Source: Pavona decussata (lineage: Eukaryota). From it: a stretch of DNA of 64,000 nucleotides. Shown one piece after another: positions 61,537 to 64,000 of this stretch. Where the stretch lies: NCBI GenBank assembly GCA_977016875.1, contig CDRNST010000436.1, positions 1,612,001 to 1,676,000 on the forward strand. The letters run 5' to 3'. The notes under the pieces were generated by a model, which worked only from the letters and a program-made list of their open reading frames with translations, had not been told where the DNA came from and did not search any database. The position numbers and the translations under genes were made by a program. Position 1 is the first letter of the stretch. Each line of letters opens with the position of its first letter.

Positions 61537-62769
61537 CCTTTTCTGTCTACTAGCAAAGGTGCCGTATTGACAGTTCAACAATAGCTCTTGTACGTTCTCG
61601 TCGACTCTCGCCCAACCTACTCTAGTTCAAACGTTGGTCAAATACCATGCATTTTCCATCAGGTTTGATTGACTGATCACCGAGTAAAAAATGTTATATT
61701 CGATGCGCTAAATCAAGATATTTTGTTGCGTGTACAGAAGTCTGACTGAAAATCAAAGCTTTTTTGACCCAAAATCAAGCTGTTTTGTTGCGTGAAGTCT
61801 GACTAAAAATAGATAAAACCTCTCGGTAACAGTTTGAAATTGTAAAGCGTGAAAGAAGGAACTGATGGTCAAAAATTTGACTTACAAGCGTGACATTCTG
61901 GAATCCGGACCATTCATCACATATTACTTCAATCCTCGCCTCCAGTTCCACTAATCTGTCCGTTCAACAACCTAGCAATATAAATTTGTACATCGCCGGG
62001 GGGGGGGGGGGGGTCTCTGGTCTAAGACTTTTCGGTGTCTGTGGGCAGTGGGGTAGAGCGGAACGCTGAAATTAGTTAAACACGTGGGCGGAGGGACTTC
62101 ATAAAATTTTCTATGGGGAGGGGAGGGAGGTTGAACATCCTAACCTTTCACATACTAACTTTTACCGAAATGATACTCCTTCCTCATACATAAAACAATA
62201 ACAACAGCAACAACAACAACAACAACAACAAAAGTGAGCTTTTGTTTTACCTCCGAATCATTTTTTACGCCAGCAATTGTAATCATTGGATTGTAATTTC
62301 TGCCACAAATTTTCCGCTCAGTTTCTGCTACCCTCCCTAACAATTGGATTAATTTCTACTCTTTGAGTTCACGGTATTTTTTTGGCGACAAATCTGTTAC
62401 TTCCCTTTGGCATACTACTTCGGGCTGAGCCTCCTAGTTTTGCATACTATATAAAGTCCCCAGGGGGGAGGGGGGTGAGGAGAGGAGAAGCTAAGGCGAT
62501 CCTTAAAAGTGATCTTACAATTCAATCGCACAGCGAAGTACAATGTAAATACAAATACTCACAACATATTTTTCCGGTAAAAGAGGGTTGAAGAACTTGA
62601 TTTACAGAAGATACGAAGAAATAGTTGATTACAAGAGGGTCTGAATGGGGCGGTAGCTTTGACAGTTGACGGTTAAATTTCACCGATTTTGACGGTTAAC
62701 GTTAAATTTTAGGGCTTTTGAGGGTTGACGGTTATCAAGGAGAAATTTCTTTCATGAGTTTAAAGTTAA

Positions 62770-63245
62770 CCCTTTCCCGCCCAAGATTGCCATATGGCAC
62801 ATGACGTAATTATGAGCTCAGTATTTGGTCAATTTGTGTGAAATTTGCACAACCAAAAGATCTTGGAAAGATCTACAAATTGAAGGCATAAAATCATGCC
62901 CCCCTCCTATATGAGACTTGATTTATCACCCTCAAACTTTTGGATTTTTTTCCTTTGTACGTTAAGGGTCCAGTTGATATATTACAACAAGCAATGCACT
63001 GAGAGCTGTATATTAAGCTATAGTTTAGGGGGATACCCAAGATGTACAACAAATAGGAAAATTTTCAATGTTTTTCTTCTTTCGTTTTGGATTTTCTCAC
63101 TGTAATATGTGACCTCCTCCATCTTTGTTGGTGTGATTTATAGCATACCCCAGAAAATACCTTTTAAATGGTATATCACATGTGGTCTCCCAGTTCATAG
63201 TTATGGATTTAGAAAAATTTGGCATTTCCCTCGGGCGGGATAGGG
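62770..63245. mobile_element. piggyBac-like MITE nested in a larger ttgacggtt-rich element (~62634-63655)
   Basis: ttaa|ccctttcccgcccaag ... ctcgggcgggataggg|ttaa: TTAA TSD, CCC/GGG termini, TIR 14/16. Confidence 0.8.
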
Positions 63246-64000
63246 TTAATATATACTTTTGTGTTTCTTAATTTTACCAATTGCGTCCTGGAGGTTGTTT
63301 TGGGGTCAGAAACACGTTATCAATGGAGTCAATCATTGATACTTTGAAACCGAAAGTACTTCCAGGCGGAAGTTAGTTGTGATGTCAGTTTAGATGGAAA
63401 TTAAGTTGATCAGACCATAGCGTGAGTATCATTGGGAAGAAAGAAAGTGGTTTATCTGTTAAAACGATTCTCCAGTGAGAGCTAGAACTCCGGGTTGAGC
63501 AGCAGAAATAATGATATTTAAGACCTTAAAACCTTTTCACGTCTAATAATAACTGCTCTTTGTGACGGTTGATGATAAAAATTACCATTTTTTGACGGTT
63601 CACGGTTAAATTTTAGGCTGTTTGAAGGCTGACGCTTAACCTCATTGACACCCTTATACTTGCCAGTTTTGATGCAACAAGAAATTGTTATTTGTTTAAG
63701 TATTTTGCCGTACTCAAATTCGCTTTCAATCAAAATTTGTACTGGTACCACTTATTTTATATGAAACTTCATCCAATAAAACTCTGCGTAAACCATAGTT
63801 AATTGAGGGACTGGTTATGAAACCTTGCCTTGTTCAAAGTTGATAACAATGGTGCTGCAATTTAGGTTGGAAGGGCTGCGACCATGCACAATCCTATGTT
63901 TTAACGTTCACACTACAGCTGACTATTTTAACAGGAACGTTTCTATTGGCCAGTTGCTCCAACGCATTTCAAAATCTATTGGGGTTTCAGCCAGTCAAGG

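Overview
Eukaryotic (animal) genomic DNA: GT-AG introns, AT-rich repeat-laden non-coding DNA and two assembly gaps (47573-48026, 52091-52299). The repeat families look anthozoan, probably a stony coral (inference). The window holds three giant, motor-less coiled-coil genes. Gene A (minus strand; coding exons 5626-5865 and <1-1964, runs off the left edge) and gene B (plus strand; 10882-11157 + 18211-29211, ~3758 aa) are colinear paralogues arranged head-to-head, with the same phase-0 intron. Gene C (plus strand; 48148-48492, 51801-51926, 52402-52921, 53617-61172, ~2848 aa) ends in a CaaX box (CQQS). All three rods are interrupted by a shared V-rich/AP/F hinge motif, and gene B has a 116-aa Cys-containing repeat whose length variants differ by exactly 7 or 11 residues. 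Non-coding DNA contains many MITE/foldback elements, a ~105-bp satellite family and a LINE relic. A nested element at 42440-43463 carries a 253-nt retrozyme-like insert with an intact type I hammerhead ribozyme and two oppositely oriented Harbinger-like MITEs inserted at equivalent CAG sites. No orthologue name can be assigned to the three genes from sequence alone.
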